Positions 50,001-59,106 of a stretch of DNA of 64,000 bases are shown piece after piece; position 1 is the stretch's first letter; each line of letters begins with the position of its first letter. The DNA is from a bacterium (GTDB taxonomy: Bacteria > Zhuqueibacterota > Zhuqueibacteria > Residuimicrobiales > Krinioviventaceae). The position numbers and the translations under genes are program-made. The notes under the pieces were generated by a model. The model had not been told where the DNA came from. It saw only the letters and a list, made by a program, of their open reading frames with translations, and did no database searches. The stretch covers positions 2,240,001 to 2,304,000 of the forward strand of contig CAXXMD010000003.1 in NCBI GenBank assembly GCA_963675755.2. Direction: 5' to 3'.

Positions 50001-50590
50001 CTTCGCTGGCATCTTCAATGAAGACAACCAAAACCTATCAGATTGTTGGAGATGTTTACCAACTTTCTCCCGCAGGATTTACTTTTAATAAACCCGCTAC
50101 GATGGTGTTACCGGTACCAGACAACAAGTCAGCAGAAGGCCTGACCGTTGGGCGCTGGAATACAAAATGGCTGGAATGGGAAATTGTTGAGGATGTTACT
50201 CCGTCAGCAGGACAACTTGCTATTGATATTACAACCCTGGGTAGATTTGCCATTATGGAATCTGCCGAACCTTTGGGTATTCACAATATTCGCTTTAATC
50301 CGAATCCATTTTCTCCCAATGTTGCGCCTTTGGAGATACTATTTGATTTAACATCAGATAAAACTATAGCTCCCAAGGTCACAGTCAAGATCTATAATAT
50401 GATTGGAGATCTTGTTAAAACGCTTGCAGATGGAAAATTTATGGAAAAGGGTGTAGACAGAGTATTGTACTGGGATGGTATTACGGATTACGGCAAAATG
50501 GCAATGAACGGACGTTACCTTATCCATTTTCAGGTTAAAGACAGTTCAGGTGATAAGGAAGAATTAAAGACTTTTGTACTGATTAAATAA
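44024..50590 (+). CDS. Giant secreted protein: calcineurin-like metallophosphoesterase, Ig-like domains, 11-12 carboxypeptidase-regulatory-like repeats, FlgD-Ig-type C-terminal domain
   Basis: Signal peptide; DLH, GDLVD, GNHD, GHTH; repeats of the form G.V......I..A.V...TD..G.F.....G.Y...A.K.GY; C-terminal NPNPFSPN...VKIYNMIGDLVKTL...WDG..D.G....NGRY. Confidence 0.88.
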   Translation: MIRLGKYINIIFVLLIAVTAGFGADRITDIQYPLMGRPTIVKAGDSFIITSKGSSSSSNWSVRIYTPYNSVNLNNNASWNETKRRWTITATVPANTPFELYDLQVTASDVNDVTVHAVKVISEYKDSYYFVHLPDLHLPSVSWIGYYDDSNTIPEFLKIMNEISIINPEFVLQTGDLVDNGQVEDQYELAQELVSASQAPVFFTGGNHDLWYDGHRYWKRYISPTMDYSFNYGSHHYAGLEMYDIPTVTFTADQMEWLQDDLQESIDDGDALRTLFYHYDESRQIDDDFVDDFMVDMILYGHTHINGENTLGSRAALNLNTSFTMNNNGQYRLVKVSGDEVQSWPLLKFKNLNVDYSPANDGTNWQVTASIQNDNNVAFEDAMIKFYVAHDNAGYQVTGGDVAQVITSSQTDVYYVNVSIPANSEQQVEIISNSPPANRPPSITAVTPGSTDTLIIAGIDAAFSVRASDPDNNSLTYRWYVDGNQVNGSAANYNYKADKNFVGHVELTVRVSDGSYYDDYTWLVEVDEYTDRPRVTSSTLNFFLQNEEMVLEWVEPQPINARFEFGLQPGFYTGSVEENGNNSVIFTPELAGMGLGVHYCRITDGDVSSDPFTVIIESPIAPQMLTPIGNIEDLAPMFTWDRVPGVPYYIVICSDEEIIIEEDPESREFTVEGANPIWSVLTSDNSVPYGMADPSGTYTSVPAPLIPGSSYWWVVLNCYGNAAELTSPVQSGISKFTIDLPPPDIDKPVLKSPANNVVLDQDIITFTWEAVSGAKAYHFYPFKIEEEFGIETARAVWQSTITTTETQYDYPAGEQFMKGRYRWKVAAVAENGLEVLSDGRDFEYDAPSAKLSIHTYDSKNTATTSDDVVLPRVTIVYDAINGIHNDMPLSTDLYGSRLDYNISPGVYQFKITKEGYDTRYDTLTFVADQSYSVNYRLAPSLSAVSGRVVDGNGSAINDVSVTAQHGLHSDIKKITSTDAQGYFRVAVAPGPYLIYAKKTGYQLSDTLSVSVTTGQQKELSQNLVMAKNANKVTGKVVNTSQQPIYGARVVLKNGETFETTTDANGQFSFSVPDATWTLNAEKQGFVSPEPRTLSTSGGQTITVTPSLVLESNAGILQGRATDGSRQLENVVIKAYPVSGQPYQTTTDAYGQFTLNVVQGTYSLSAEKEGYISPEAIQATVSSGQTKSGIEFILNQATSTVKGKVTIDGYTPLAGALVSNSGKSTTTSDGGYFELGILPGSHIIKAAKEGYLSSSPDTISVVAGQVLDNVNFVLSPNASVIKGKITSGDGLVYDALVQAVNSHTIETKSDQDGNFVLNLQAGTWDIVVSKSGFVTQEKTSQIVGTSQTLNDVDFDLQPNIATIQGSVINALNGAAISNAEISIPSAGLNTRSATDGSFTLSIEPGSYTVYTGKTGYRTVEKTTGSIALNAVKTMEFQLEQLSSSFTGSIVDAQSNPVENAIVYASNSIDTFTTVSKTDGTYRLDVKPAMYNVSAEKNGYKPVTVQNQASVAENETKSLNNATLLSDMGNITGTVSRVTIDAPVIAARVTAKSQDGFLMQTESDNNGYFSFLDENGQPALISGTYNVRISKNGFTPDTLFDIHVAGEQTVAVEAYILKNEGVISGQVKSDKESLADVTVTAQKVGTETFFTTLSQDDGSFIIKNIPLGTYNVTTAKAGFSSPAAITVETGTTQDIILTENKGRLSGKVIDSETHQAIAGVQISATDGHGNYASGVTDASGAYDFQKLAQTFEYTIKYSYNGYSQKSQAAVKLSEATVLDVEIEKIYGNITGTIMDAAGAKLQSVTITAQTADSIYTTLSDDNGVYSFIHLPAAQYTLSAFKVGYASDPVQQIISLWQGGTISSVDFKMTEAIAADLKIIGPDQLSNTVIETYTFSAKTNDQREASIDPQWSVDFAGGLDQLGDDGLVDPSNDFVGSLVLTLTDAFTGKVATKAISVTQSLVPGNSDLSVSNKKGVQLFIADSCVTQNAVLQLRKPSLASSMKTTKTYQIVGDVYQLSPAGFTFNKPATMVLPVPDNKSAEGLTVGRWNTKWLEWEIVEDVTPSAGQLAIDITTLGRFAIMESAEPLGIHNIRFNPNPFSPNVAPLEILFDLTSDKTIAPKVTVKIYNMIGDLVKTLADGKFMEKGVDRVLYWDGITDYGKMAMNGRYLIHFQVKDSSGDKEELKTFVLIK

Positions 50591-50608
50591 AATAAACGAG
50601 ATAACGGT

Positions 50609-51526
50609 ATGAGAAATATGAATAAATTTTTGATCATTTTTATCTGTATAGTTGGTATCAGTAGTCTGGTGCTGGCAGATATTCCCGCAGCCTTTGTAGA
50701 TATAGGCTATGGTGCAAGACCGATGGGTATGGGCGGGGCGTATACAGCAATGAGCGATGATGTGAACTCGGTTTTCTGGAATCCTGCTGGTTTGACTCTG
50801 ATGCGGGATAACCAACTGACCGTTATGTATACCAAACAGTATGGTTTAATACCCTATGGTTTGGGCGCGTATTCTCACCGCTTTGGTTTTCACAATGTTG
50901 CGGCAGGTTTTATTACCTCCGGTAATGATGTTTTACGAGAAACAACATTTATCACTAGTTATGCCGCAGTATACAAACTTCCGTTACTAGGTAATACCGG
51001 CGTCGGTATGAATGTACGTTATCGTCATTCCAGCTTTGGTAATAATGAAGACGGTGGAGAAAACCGGATCCAGGGCAGCGCAGATGGTGCCGGCATGGAT
51101 TTGGGTTTCATGTGGCAAATTCACAAACGTACCCGAATTGGTATTTTTGCCAGAGATATTTTGAATTCAATGACATATAACAATAATACGTTGGGCACAA
51201 GTTATTCTGAAAGTGTTCCGGCGGGTTTAATAATGGGCATAGCACACCGTATCAACACCCAGTCTACGGTTTCCATTGACTGGGAAAAAGCATTGTATGA
51301 CGATGTAAATGATAAGCTACATTTGGGTACTGAAGTGACTTTATTCAAAGTTATCATGTGCAGAGGCGGAATGTGGCAGAATATGGATGCGGTTGAAAAC
51401 CGGAATTACAGTTTAGGTATGGGATTAAATGTTGCAACTCGTACCATGGGCATACAGTTTGATTTTGCTTATCTCTTTAATGATTTTGCACATACACCCA
51501 GAATATCATTATCTTTGACACATTAA
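50609..51526 (+). CDS. PorV/PorQ (UPF0164, FadL-like) outer-membrane beta-barrel
   Basis: Signal peptide; GARPMGMGGAYTAMSDDVNSVFWNPAGL; amphipathic strands; FDFAY...RISLSL. Confidence 0.88.
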   Translation: MRNMNKFLIIFICIVGISSLVLADIPAAFVDIGYGARPMGMGGAYTAMSDDVNSVFWNPAGLTLMRDNQLTVMYTKQYGLIPYGLGAYSHRFGFHNVAAGFITSGNDVLRETTFITSYAAVYKLPLLGNTGVGMNVRYRHSSFGNNEDGGENRIQGSADGAGMDLGFMWQIHKRTRIGIFARDILNSMTYNNNTLGTSYSESVPAGLIMGIAHRINTQSTVSIDWEKALYDDVNDKLHLGTEVTLFKVIMCRGGMWQNMDAVENRNYSLGMGLNVATRTMGIQFDFAYLFNDFAHTPRISLSLTH

Positions 51527-51542
51527 TAACAAGGTCTTGAGC

Positions 51543-53018
51543 ATGAAAAGGTTTTTTATATATAGTATAATATTGTTATCCACAGTTGCCTGTTTTGCAC
51601 AGGAAGAACCGGAAAATCAGATAGCGTTTTTACGCGGAGGCAATACAGAGGTCCGGTTTTCATATTTTTCACAAATGATCTCGGGACATGGACTGGGTAT
51701 GGGATACAAATCTCCCCAGGTTTGGGATGTTTGGTCAAACCCCGCTAGTATGGCTACATTCAAGCAAACCTATGTAAGTATGAATTTAATGCCGCCATTG
51801 TGGATCGATCCTTCAAGTTATGAAGATATCAATAAGACCATTGCGGATGAACTTGACGAAGCGATTGTAGATTACAGGACCGAAGATACCGTGTTGGATT
51901 ACCCTACTTTGGGTGCAAAAATTAACCACAAAGGTGGATTGTATGGTGCTCAATTTGTACTGCCTGTAAAACATCATAATAGTATAACCGTTTTCAGTTT
52001 CGATATAGGTCAGCCTTTTTATATGAATCTAACAGCGGATAATGATGGATTTGAAACCCTGATTGAAACCCATAAAGATGTGGGCGATCAGAAAAAGATC
52101 ATCAAAATCCGGATGAACGCGTTAATTCAATCTGAACTGGAAGTCCGTGCGACAAAGTATCAATTTGGTTTGGCGCAAACTGTACATCCATCCGTTTCTT
52201 TGGGACTCAAGATCGGGCAGACACGAATGCGGTCTTATTCTACCAACGAAGTAAAAATGGATGGTATTATGGAAACCGCAGGTACCGAATATGTTTTTAA
52301 TGATCCCTATGATCCCCGTATTGATTTTGAAGCGGGAGAGACCAACAAATTGGGACAGAGTATGTTTGCGGATTTTCACGGATCTGCCATGAATGCCCAG
52401 TTTGGTGCATTGCTTAAAGCTGGCAATTCATTTGTTTTTGGATTGGATTATGACTGGCAGTCGGATGTAGAGATGACCGGAAATATGGAAATTGAACAGT
52501 ACAAGATCCCCGGTTTGAACGTGGATGCTCTGATTGGTGATGATGAAGACGGTGCTGAGGAAGAGGACCTGGTTGACGCAACACAACTTGATCTGGCAAA
52601 ACTTACTTTGACTAAACCCATTGATAATGAAACTACTGATCATTTTATGATGACTTTTCCATCATCCCTGGGCATGCAAGCGTCATTTCAGGGACGATCG
52701 GTGGAAACAACTCTCGAGTTCCGTAAATATTTTAATACATTTGGGTACGAGTTTCTGGACGAGACCTATTTTGCTTATATGAATTATGGTTTGAATTTTA
52801 TTTTTTCTGCGGGTATTTTTGAACTTGCACTCAGCGGACTGAATGCCGATCTGGTGCAGGAAAAAGCAGGAGAGGAAACCAGTAGAGATAATTACTGGAT
52901 CCCTGCTGCGAGTATGAAATTTGCCTTTTTTGTTGCCAAACAATACCAGGTTAGCAGCATGTTTTTTCTGGCACCAACACCGGGAATTGGTATAAAACTG
53001 GGTTATTTTATCCGTTAA
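51543..53018 (+). CDS. Probable outer-membrane beta-barrel, divergent FadL/PorV-like
   Basis: Signal peptide; GLGMG...VWSNPASM; beta-strand pattern; C-terminal GIKLGYF. Confidence 0.6.
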   Translation: MKRFFIYSIILLSTVACFAQEEPENQIAFLRGGNTEVRFSYFSQMISGHGLGMGYKSPQVWDVWSNPASMATFKQTYVSMNLMPPLWIDPSSYEDINKTIADELDEAIVDYRTEDTVLDYPTLGAKINHKGGLYGAQFVLPVKHHNSITVFSFDIGQPFYMNLTADNDGFETLIETHKDVGDQKKIIKIRMNALIQSELEVRATKYQFGLAQTVHPSVSLGLKIGQTRMRSYSTNEVKMDGIMETAGTEYVFNDPYDPRIDFEAGETNKLGQSMFADFHGSAMNAQFGALLKAGNSFVFGLDYDWQSDVEMTGNMEIEQYKIPGLNVDALIGDDEDGAEEEDLVDATQLDLAKLTLTKPIDNETTDHFMMTFPSSLGMQASFQGRSVETTLEFRKYFNTFGYEFLDETYFAYMNYGLNFIFSAGIFELALSGLNADLVQEKAGEETSRDNYWIPAASMKFAFFVAKQYQVSSMFFLAPTPGIGIKLGYFIR

Positions 53019-54160
53019 TCATTGAATACGCGGGATAAAAAGCGCGCTGCGAGTATGGAAAAAATAGTACCATAAGCAGTAATACCAAGAATAAACGGCC
53101 AGATCTCTTTGATCCCGTTTCCGAATGATACCAGTTCGTGTAGAGCTTTTAAGGTAATTCCAGGGGGGAGAAACATAGCCAAATGCTGCATCCAGGAGGG
53201 GGTAATTTCAATTGGCCACCAGCATCCGCTTATGGCTGACAGCGAAATTGCCAGGATGACAGAAATAGACGTTACCTTTTCTTCATCTTTGACCATAAAT
53301 CCTAAACACAATCCAAATGATCCAACCGTTACCGCAAACCCGATCAATAACAGAATCAGCGCAGGAATATCATTGCCAAAATAGACCCCAAACACAATTC
53401 TGCCAATAGCCAACAGTAAAATAATTTGCAGCATTGCAATGCTGGTTACACCCAGGAGTTTACCAAGATACAACTGGTTAAATGAAATTGGTGCAATTTT
53501 TACTTTTTTGAGAATACCGTTACGTCGTTCTTCGACCAGTGTGCCGGATGCGTAAATAAATCCTATCAGCATGGTAATCATTACAATGTTGGCGGGTACC
53601 TGCTGGTTAAAACCCGTGGGGATGGTTACATGTTTACCCGCTAAAGATGACTCTAGGTTAACCAGTGGTTTTCGGTTCTCGAGTAACGAAATGTTTTCTG
53701 AGGTAATTGCTTTATCATCCTTTGCCAGTTCACTCATGTTTGCCAGTAATCGTAAATATGATTTTTGCACGGCAATCTCTGCGGCTGCTTTGGCCTCTAT
53801 ATTGGCATCCTGCTTGTTTTTAAAAGCGAGTTTGACTTTAGCTTTGTTCAACAGACTGTCTGTAAAATTTGGTGGTATAACCAGGTATCTGGATGGGGGC
53901 TCTGCCGGTTCAGATTGCAGCATGGTGATTTTTAAATTCTCTGATTCGAGGGATTGCAACAGATGTTGTGAGAGAAATCCGGTATCCTGATTATAAATGT
54001 CCAACGATGCTTTGTATCCGGACCGGTCAGAATCCATGTTAAAAGCGCTGCCAAACACCAGAATATAAACACAGGGAACAATCAGCATCCAGATGAGAGC
54101 CAGTTTGTCTTTTAACAGCAACATTACATGTTGTTTTGCGATATTGAATATAATGCTCAT
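53015..54160 (-). CDS. ABC-2 type exporter permease
   Basis: N-terminal TM plus extracytoplasmic loop; VEERRNGIL, ISGCWWPIE..PSWMQ.LA..LP. Confidence 0.9.
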   Translation of the reverse strand: MSIIFNIAKQHVMLLLKDKLALIWMLIVPCVYILVFGSAFNMDSDRSGYKASLDIYNQDTGFLSQHLLQSLESENLKITMLQSEPAEPPSRYLVIPPNFTDSLLNKAKVKLAFKNKQDANIEAKAAAEIAVQKSYLRLLANMSELAKDDKAITSENISLLENRKPLVNLESSLAGKHVTIPTGFNQQVPANIVMITMLIGFIYASGTLVEERRNGILKKVKIAPISFNQLYLGKLLGVTSIAMLQIILLLAIGRIVFGVYFGNDIPALILLLIGFAVTVGSFGLCLGFMVKDEEKVTSISVILAISLSAISGCWWPIEITPSWMQHLAMFLPPGITLKALHELVSFGNGIKEIWPFILGITAYGTIFSILAARFLSRVFND

Positions 54161-54162
54161 AA

Positions 54163-55410
54163 TCAGATCTTTTTATTAAAGCCAATGAATGCGATTGAAT
54201 TAAAAAGTATTGTTAAACCCAGCAATACCCAGATATTGAGTTGAAAATGACTGAATGATTGATGGTCGAGAATGATTTTTTGTAGCCCTTCTACTCCCCA
54301 ATAAACCGGTGAAATTACAGCAATCTTTTGAATAAAGTCGGGTAATGCGCGCAAGGGGACCATTCCTCCACCCAGCATGCTGAAAAAGATAATAACCGCC
54401 GGGTTGATTTGTGAGCCGGCAGCACGGGATTTTGCTATTGAAAATAAAAATGCAACAACTCCTGATAAAGATGCTAACAAGAGTATGGATATAATAATAA
54501 ATCCAGGCAGGTCTGATAATAATATGCGGATCCCAAACAAGAGCACACCTATGGACCATACAATGAAATAAGCAATACATCCGGCAATGAACAGGAATAA
54601 AAGTTTGGAAAGCAGATAACGGTGCATACCCACAGGGCTTGATGCGATTCTGAACAGCGTGTATTGTTCCCGTTCACGAAAGAAATCCCGTCCCAATGCT
54701 TCCAGAACAAAGAATATACCCATAACCGCAATACCTGTTAATATATAGGCAAATATAGTATTCCCCGTTTCTTTTTCTTCGGTATCATGGGCTTTTACAG
54801 TTTCCTTGTCCAGTTCAATCAATAATGGGAAAAGGTAATCATCAACTTTTTCTATAGTATCTTTGAATTTCAGGTAAAGATCAGACAATTCGGATAATTC
54901 CGGCCAATGATCCGTATCCAGCATGGATTGGATGGCGTTGAATTCCGGACCAGCAAAGCGAAAGAGCTTGTCTGTACCTTCGCAGAGAATGCTGGTGGTT
55001 TCATAGGCAATTTTGGGTAAAAACGCCTGAGATGGATTTTTTATCAGTTCAACAGTACAGCTTTTATTGTTGGATAGCGAATCCTGAAATCCCTCCGGTA
55101 TGATAATGAGGGCGGATGCTTTGCCCGCATCCATTAATATTTTACCGGAATCCTGACCGATAAATTTGGGTGCAAACATGTTTGCCAGTTCACCATGTTG
55201 AAACGAACCGGTAAATAATTGAGAAAGAAAACTATCGTCATGGTCTTCAATCAGCAGGTCAATTTTGGGCAGGGTAGCCGTTTCATCCGAAGGTGAGAAC
55301 ACAGCACCCATAATAAATGTAAATACCAGCGGAATAGCCATTAGCAAAAGGAATCCTATTGGATTACCAAGTTTGCGTTTCAAATCCTTGATGATTAATG
55401 CGCTAATCAA
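54163..55410 (-). CDS. ABC-2 type exporter permease
   Basis: IIKDLKR, LIIIPEGF, EREQYTLFRI.SSP, LGGGMVP, SPVYW. Confidence 0.9.
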   Translation of the reverse strand: MISALIIKDLKRKLGNPIGFLLLMAIPLVFTFIMGAVFSPSDETATLPKIDLLIEDHDDSFLSQLFTGSFQHGELANMFAPKFIGQDSGKILMDAGKASALIIIPEGFQDSLSNNKSCTVELIKNPSQAFLPKIAYETTSILCEGTDKLFRFAGPEFNAIQSMLDTDHWPELSELSDLYLKFKDTIEKVDDYLFPLLIELDKETVKAHDTEEKETGNTIFAYILTGIAVMGIFFVLEALGRDFFREREQYTLFRIASSPVGMHRYLLSKLLFLFIAGCIAYFIVWSIGVLLFGIRILLSDLPGFIIISILLLASLSGVVAFLFSIAKSRAAGSQINPAVIIFFSMLGGGMVPLRALPDFIQKIAVISPVYWGVEGLQKIILDHQSFSHFQLNIWVLLGLTILFNSIAFIGFNKKI

Positions 55411-56330
55411 TCTCTCAACTCCCTGCCGGTTAATTTGATAAATACAGAATCCAGGCTTGGTTCTTTGATAGAGAGGTTTTCTATTTGAATCCCCGTGCTT
55501 GTAAGCATTTCAATAAATTGTCCGGTTCCGTATTTGGAGGGCAGACTGTAAAGCACCTGGTTGTCTGTGACTGATATAATTGACAAGGCTTCAACCTTGT
55601 CAGTTAATGACTTTGCAATTTCTGCTGAAAAGGTGCCATTTATTTTTAATAATCGGTTTTCACCAACTATTTTTACAATATCTTCAAGCGTACCGGTGGT
55701 TAGCATTTTACCATGATCGATAATTGCGAGACTGTCACAGAGTTTTTCTGCTTCGTCGAGATAGTGTGTTGTATAGATAATAGTTGTTCCGGACTCGGCA
55801 ATGCTTTTTACTGCTTCCAGTATATGCTTTCTGGCCTGTGGATCGATACCCACGGTGGGTTCGTCAAGCAGCAGCAATTCCGGGCGATGGATAATACCAG
55901 CCGCCAGATTGAGTCTGCGTTTCATTCCTCCGGAAAAGTTTTTAATCTTTTCTTTTGATCGTTCAGCAAGTTCGAAAAAATCCAGCAGTTCCTGTATTCT
56001 TGCATTCAGTGAGATACCTTTCATGCCGTACAGTTTACCCCAAAATGCAAGATTATCTCTGGCAGAGAGGTCTTCATAAAGGGCAATGTCTTGCGGTACT
56101 ACACCCATTTTTGCGCGGGCTTGATTGCTATTGTACAAATCATGTCCGTCCAAAAGGATGGTACCCTGATCGGGTTTGAGTAATGAGCAGATCATGTTAA
56201 TAGTTGTTGTTTTGCCTGCGCCATTGGGACCCAGAAATCCGAAAATTTCACCCCGATTGACATGAAAAGACACATGATCAACAGCGGTTTTGCCATTGAA
56301 TTTTTTTACAAGGTCATTTACCTGTAACAT
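55407..56330 (-). CDS. ABC exporter ATP-binding protein
   Basis: Walker A GPNGAGKTT, FSGGMKRR, LLLDEPT, H-loop TTHY, EPSLDSVF. Confidence 0.96.
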   Translation of the reverse strand: MLQVNDLVKKFNGKTAVDHVSFHVNRGEIFGFLGPNGAGKTTTINMICSLLKPDQGTILLDGHDLYNSNQARAKMGVVPQDIALYEDLSARDNLAFWGKLYGMKGISLNARIQELLDFFELAERSKEKIKNFSGGMKRRLNLAAGIIHRPELLLLDEPTVGIDPQARKHILEAVKSIAESGTTIIYTTHYLDEAEKLCDSLAIIDHGKMLTTGTLEDIVKIVGENRLLKINGTFSAEIAKSLTDKVEALSIISVTDNQVLYSLPSKYGTGQFIEMLTSTGIQIENLSIKEPSLDSVFIKLTGRELRD

Positions 56331-57419
56331 TTAAAGGTCCATTCCTCTTAGTTTGGATTCAAATGAACGAATGTCATTATTGGATTCCAGTACCCCGATT
56401 TCCATATGGGTAATAATTTTGCCGCCGGGCAAAAGATTAATCAGATCACCCCGTTTACGGGCGGTTTTACGGCCCTCGGGAAGACAGGTTCCCGGTTCCA
56501 TACCCACTACATAATTGCCTTGTCCCATCATTTTCCATTGTGTATAACGCGGCAGTTCTGCCTTGGGGTAGGCAAGATAGACACCAAGTCCCTGGTTATT
56601 GTTAAACTGACGGTTAACAATTGCAACGTTTACAATGCCATTTTCATCAACATCCTGTTCAATGCTAAAGCATTGTTCGCTAATTCCTGCAGTAGGTTCT
56701 TCATAAACGTCAAAAGTGTCTATGCCGTTTTGGGCGTTTTTATCAAAAGGCTCAAGATCTTCTATTACTGCCAAAAGTTCGGAACCTGTATCTACAATGG
56801 GGAAACCCATATTGTAATGATATACCAGCATGAGTTCAGATTCTTCATAACCCTGGTTTTCAATCTCGTCCTGAATCCATATTTTGGATTGTCCCAGTTT
56901 CGCGTGAATGCTGCGTTTGAGTACAAGATTGGGGCCAAAAAGTCGTGACTCGCGAACCGTTCCCGCGGCCCAAAGTATATATTCATTTTGTTCCCAGTCA
57001 GCTCCCCAGGACACGGATTTTGCGGGTGTGTTTGCAATTCTGCCGTGCAATCCGTAATGCTGGTTATCTTCGTCAGCGGGATCTCCGGCATTTTGTAAAC
57101 CACAGGTGGTCAATAACCCACCGGCAAATGACCACAACCAGTTCTTTTCGCGGGGATCATAATATTCCGGTCCGGTTGGGCCTGCTGAAGAGTGCCAGCA
57201 TATAGATGCGCCATTAAAAGAGGCGTCAAAAATATCCATTGCTCGGTCAATCAATACTGTAAACTGAAAACCACTGCCAGTATAAAATCGCAATGCGCGT
57301 ATACCGCGTTCTTTACCTTCGGTAAATTCTACAGGATGTACCCCTGCAATTTGAGACATGTCTCCTACACGGTGAAGGAGCTCATGTTTGGAAAAGGCTC
57401 TGTTAAACAGATTAGCCAT
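56331..57419 (-). CDS. Aldose 1-epimerase family (DUF4432) protein
   Basis: RVGDMSQIAG, DRAMDI, GLLTTCGL, LHGRI, YHYNMGFP, YVVGMEPGT. Confidence 0.88.
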   Translation of the reverse strand: MANLFNRAFSKHELLHRVGDMSQIAGVHPVEFTEGKERGIRALRFYTGSGFQFTVLIDRAMDIFDASFNGASICWHSSAGPTGPEYYDPREKNWLWSFAGGLLTTCGLQNAGDPADEDNQHYGLHGRIANTPAKSVSWGADWEQNEYILWAAGTVRESRLFGPNLVLKRSIHAKLGQSKIWIQDEIENQGYEESELMLVYHYNMGFPIVDTGSELLAVIEDLEPFDKNAQNGIDTFDVYEEPTAGISEQCFSIEQDVDENGIVNVAIVNRQFNNNQGLGVYLAYPKAELPRYTQWKMMGQGNYVVGMEPGTCLPEGRKTARKRGDLINLLPGGKIITHMEIGVLESNNDIRSFESKLRGMDL

Positions 57420-57438
57420 CGTTACCTCTTTTTGTTGG

Positions 57439-58356
57439 TTAACGACTTTTTTGTTTGGGTCTTGTTTGTGTGTTTTGTTTGTCCTGAAATGTTACCAGAG
57501 AATTGGGCGCAACGGGTGCTGTGATCCAGGTATTGGCGCCTATGGTAGAATCATGGCCGATTACTGTTTCACCACCAAGTATGGTTGCTCCTGAATAGAT
57601 AGTCACCCGGTCTTCAATGGTGGGGTGACGTTTACCGCCCTTGACTGCGGTACCATCCTGATTTTTTTTAATGCTTAACGCACCCAGGGTTACCCCCTGA
57701 TAGATTTTAACGTCATCGCCAATTTTTGTCGTTTCGCCAATAACCACACCTGTTCCATGATCGATAAAAAAACGGTTACCGATTGACGCACCCGGGTGAA
57801 TATCAATACTAGTTCTACGGTGTGCCCATTCAGACATCATTCTGGGGATGAGTGGGACCGCCATTTTGTACAATTCATGCGCAATACGATGGGTAGCTAT
57901 TGCGTATACAAAGGGATAGCATAAAATAACCTCTTCGGTAGACTGTGCTGCAGGATCGCCATCAAGACCGGCCCGAATGTCCATCTTTAAGCGTGTACGG
58001 ATTTCCGGGATCCTTTTAATCAGATCAAGTGCTGCCTGCTCTGAACAGTCTTTGCAAAAGGGGCTCATTTGTTCTTTTTTTCGGGCGAATTCGCAAGCCC
58101 GGCAGATCTCATCGGTGCAACGCAGATATAATGTATCTATCGCACTTTGTACAAAAAAGGAAATGTTTGCACGTGCCGGCATTCGGTTGCCAAAAAAACC
58201 GGGAAACAGGATCTGCATAAAATCATCCAGAATTTCCACAACATGCTGCAAAGTCGGCAAGTTGGCGCCATCCAGTTTATTGATGCCTCCGTATTTGTCA
58301 TAAGTTGCAACGATTTCATCTGCTACATGTATAAGATCTTGAGTGATTAGGGACAT
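57439..58356 (-). CDS. cysE: Serine O-acetyltransferase (long form)
   Basis: [50 protein letters not shown]. Confidence 0.93.
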   Translation of the reverse strand: MSLITQDLIHVADEIVATYDKYGGINKLDGANLPTLQHVVEILDDFMQILFPGFFGNRMPARANISFFVQSAIDTLYLRCTDEICRACEFARKKEQMSPFCKDCSEQAALDLIKRIPEIRTRLKMDIRAGLDGDPAAQSTEEVILCYPFVYAIATHRIAHELYKMAVPLIPRMMSEWAHRRTSIDIHPGASIGNRFFIDHGTGVVIGETTKIGDDVKIYQGVTLGALSIKKNQDGTAVKGGKRHPTIEDRVTIYSGATILGGETVIGHDSTIGANTWITAPVAPNSLVTFQDKQNTQTRPKQKSR

Positions 58357-58371
58357 GGGTTCGCCTTGTTG

Positions 58372-59106
58372 TCATTGGTTTTTTAAATATTTTCCGGCTT
58401 CTTTATCCAGGAGCCAGGTCAATACCCCTTCAACAGGGGAGACTTGAGCCGCGGGGTAATCTTTAGAATTGTTAAAAATGTCCCGCACTATTTCAGCCTT
58501 GTTTGCACCGGATACTAGAAAAATAACATTTTTTGCTGAATTTATCAATGGAAAGGTAAAGGTAATACGCCATTTTTCAAATTTAGGTACCCAATTGGCG
58601 GAAATCAGTTTGCTGTTTTCATGCAATGCTTCAGTTTCGGGAAACAGAGATGCTGTGTGGCCATCATCACCCATTCCCAGCAGGATGAGATCGAATCGCG
58701 GAACAGGTTGAAGCGGCGGATGAATGCTTAAAATGAGTCTTTCATAAGCTTCTGCTGCTTCTTCTGAAGGCGATAGCGAGGTGTCTACAGGATAGATGTT
58801 GAGGTCCTCTTGTTCCAGGGGATCAAAGAGCTCTGTGAATGCCATGCCCGCATTACTTTCAGGGTCATCAAGTGGGACATATCTCTCATCGCTCCAAAAG
58901 AAATTGATCTTGTTCCAATCCAAAGTGTTTTTGTAATATTTAATGAGGTTGTGAAATAGCAGTTTGGGTGTTGAACCCCCTGATAATGCAACATTAAAGG
59001 TTTCGTACTGGATGATATAGCGGGTAGCCAGTTCTGCAAACAGTCTTGCGGCTTCATAACCCAGTTCGTCTTTATCGTTATAGACTTTGGTTTTAATAGA
59101 TTTCAT
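58372..59106 (-). CDS. pgl: 6-phosphogluconolactonase
   Basis: ALSGGSTP, DERYVP, DLILLGMGDDGHTASLFP, RITFTFP. Confidence 0.96.
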   Translation of the reverse strand: MKSIKTKVYNDKDELGYEAARLFAELATRYIIQYETFNVALSGGSTPKLLFHNLIKYYKNTLDWNKINFFWSDERYVPLDDPESNAGMAFTELFDPLEQEDLNIYPVDTSLSPSEEAAEAYERLILSIHPPLQPVPRFDLILLGMGDDGHTASLFPETEALHENSKLISANWVPKFEKWRITFTFPLINSAKNVIFLVSGANKAEIVRDIFNNSKDYPAAQVSPVEGVLTWLLDKEAGKYLKNQ

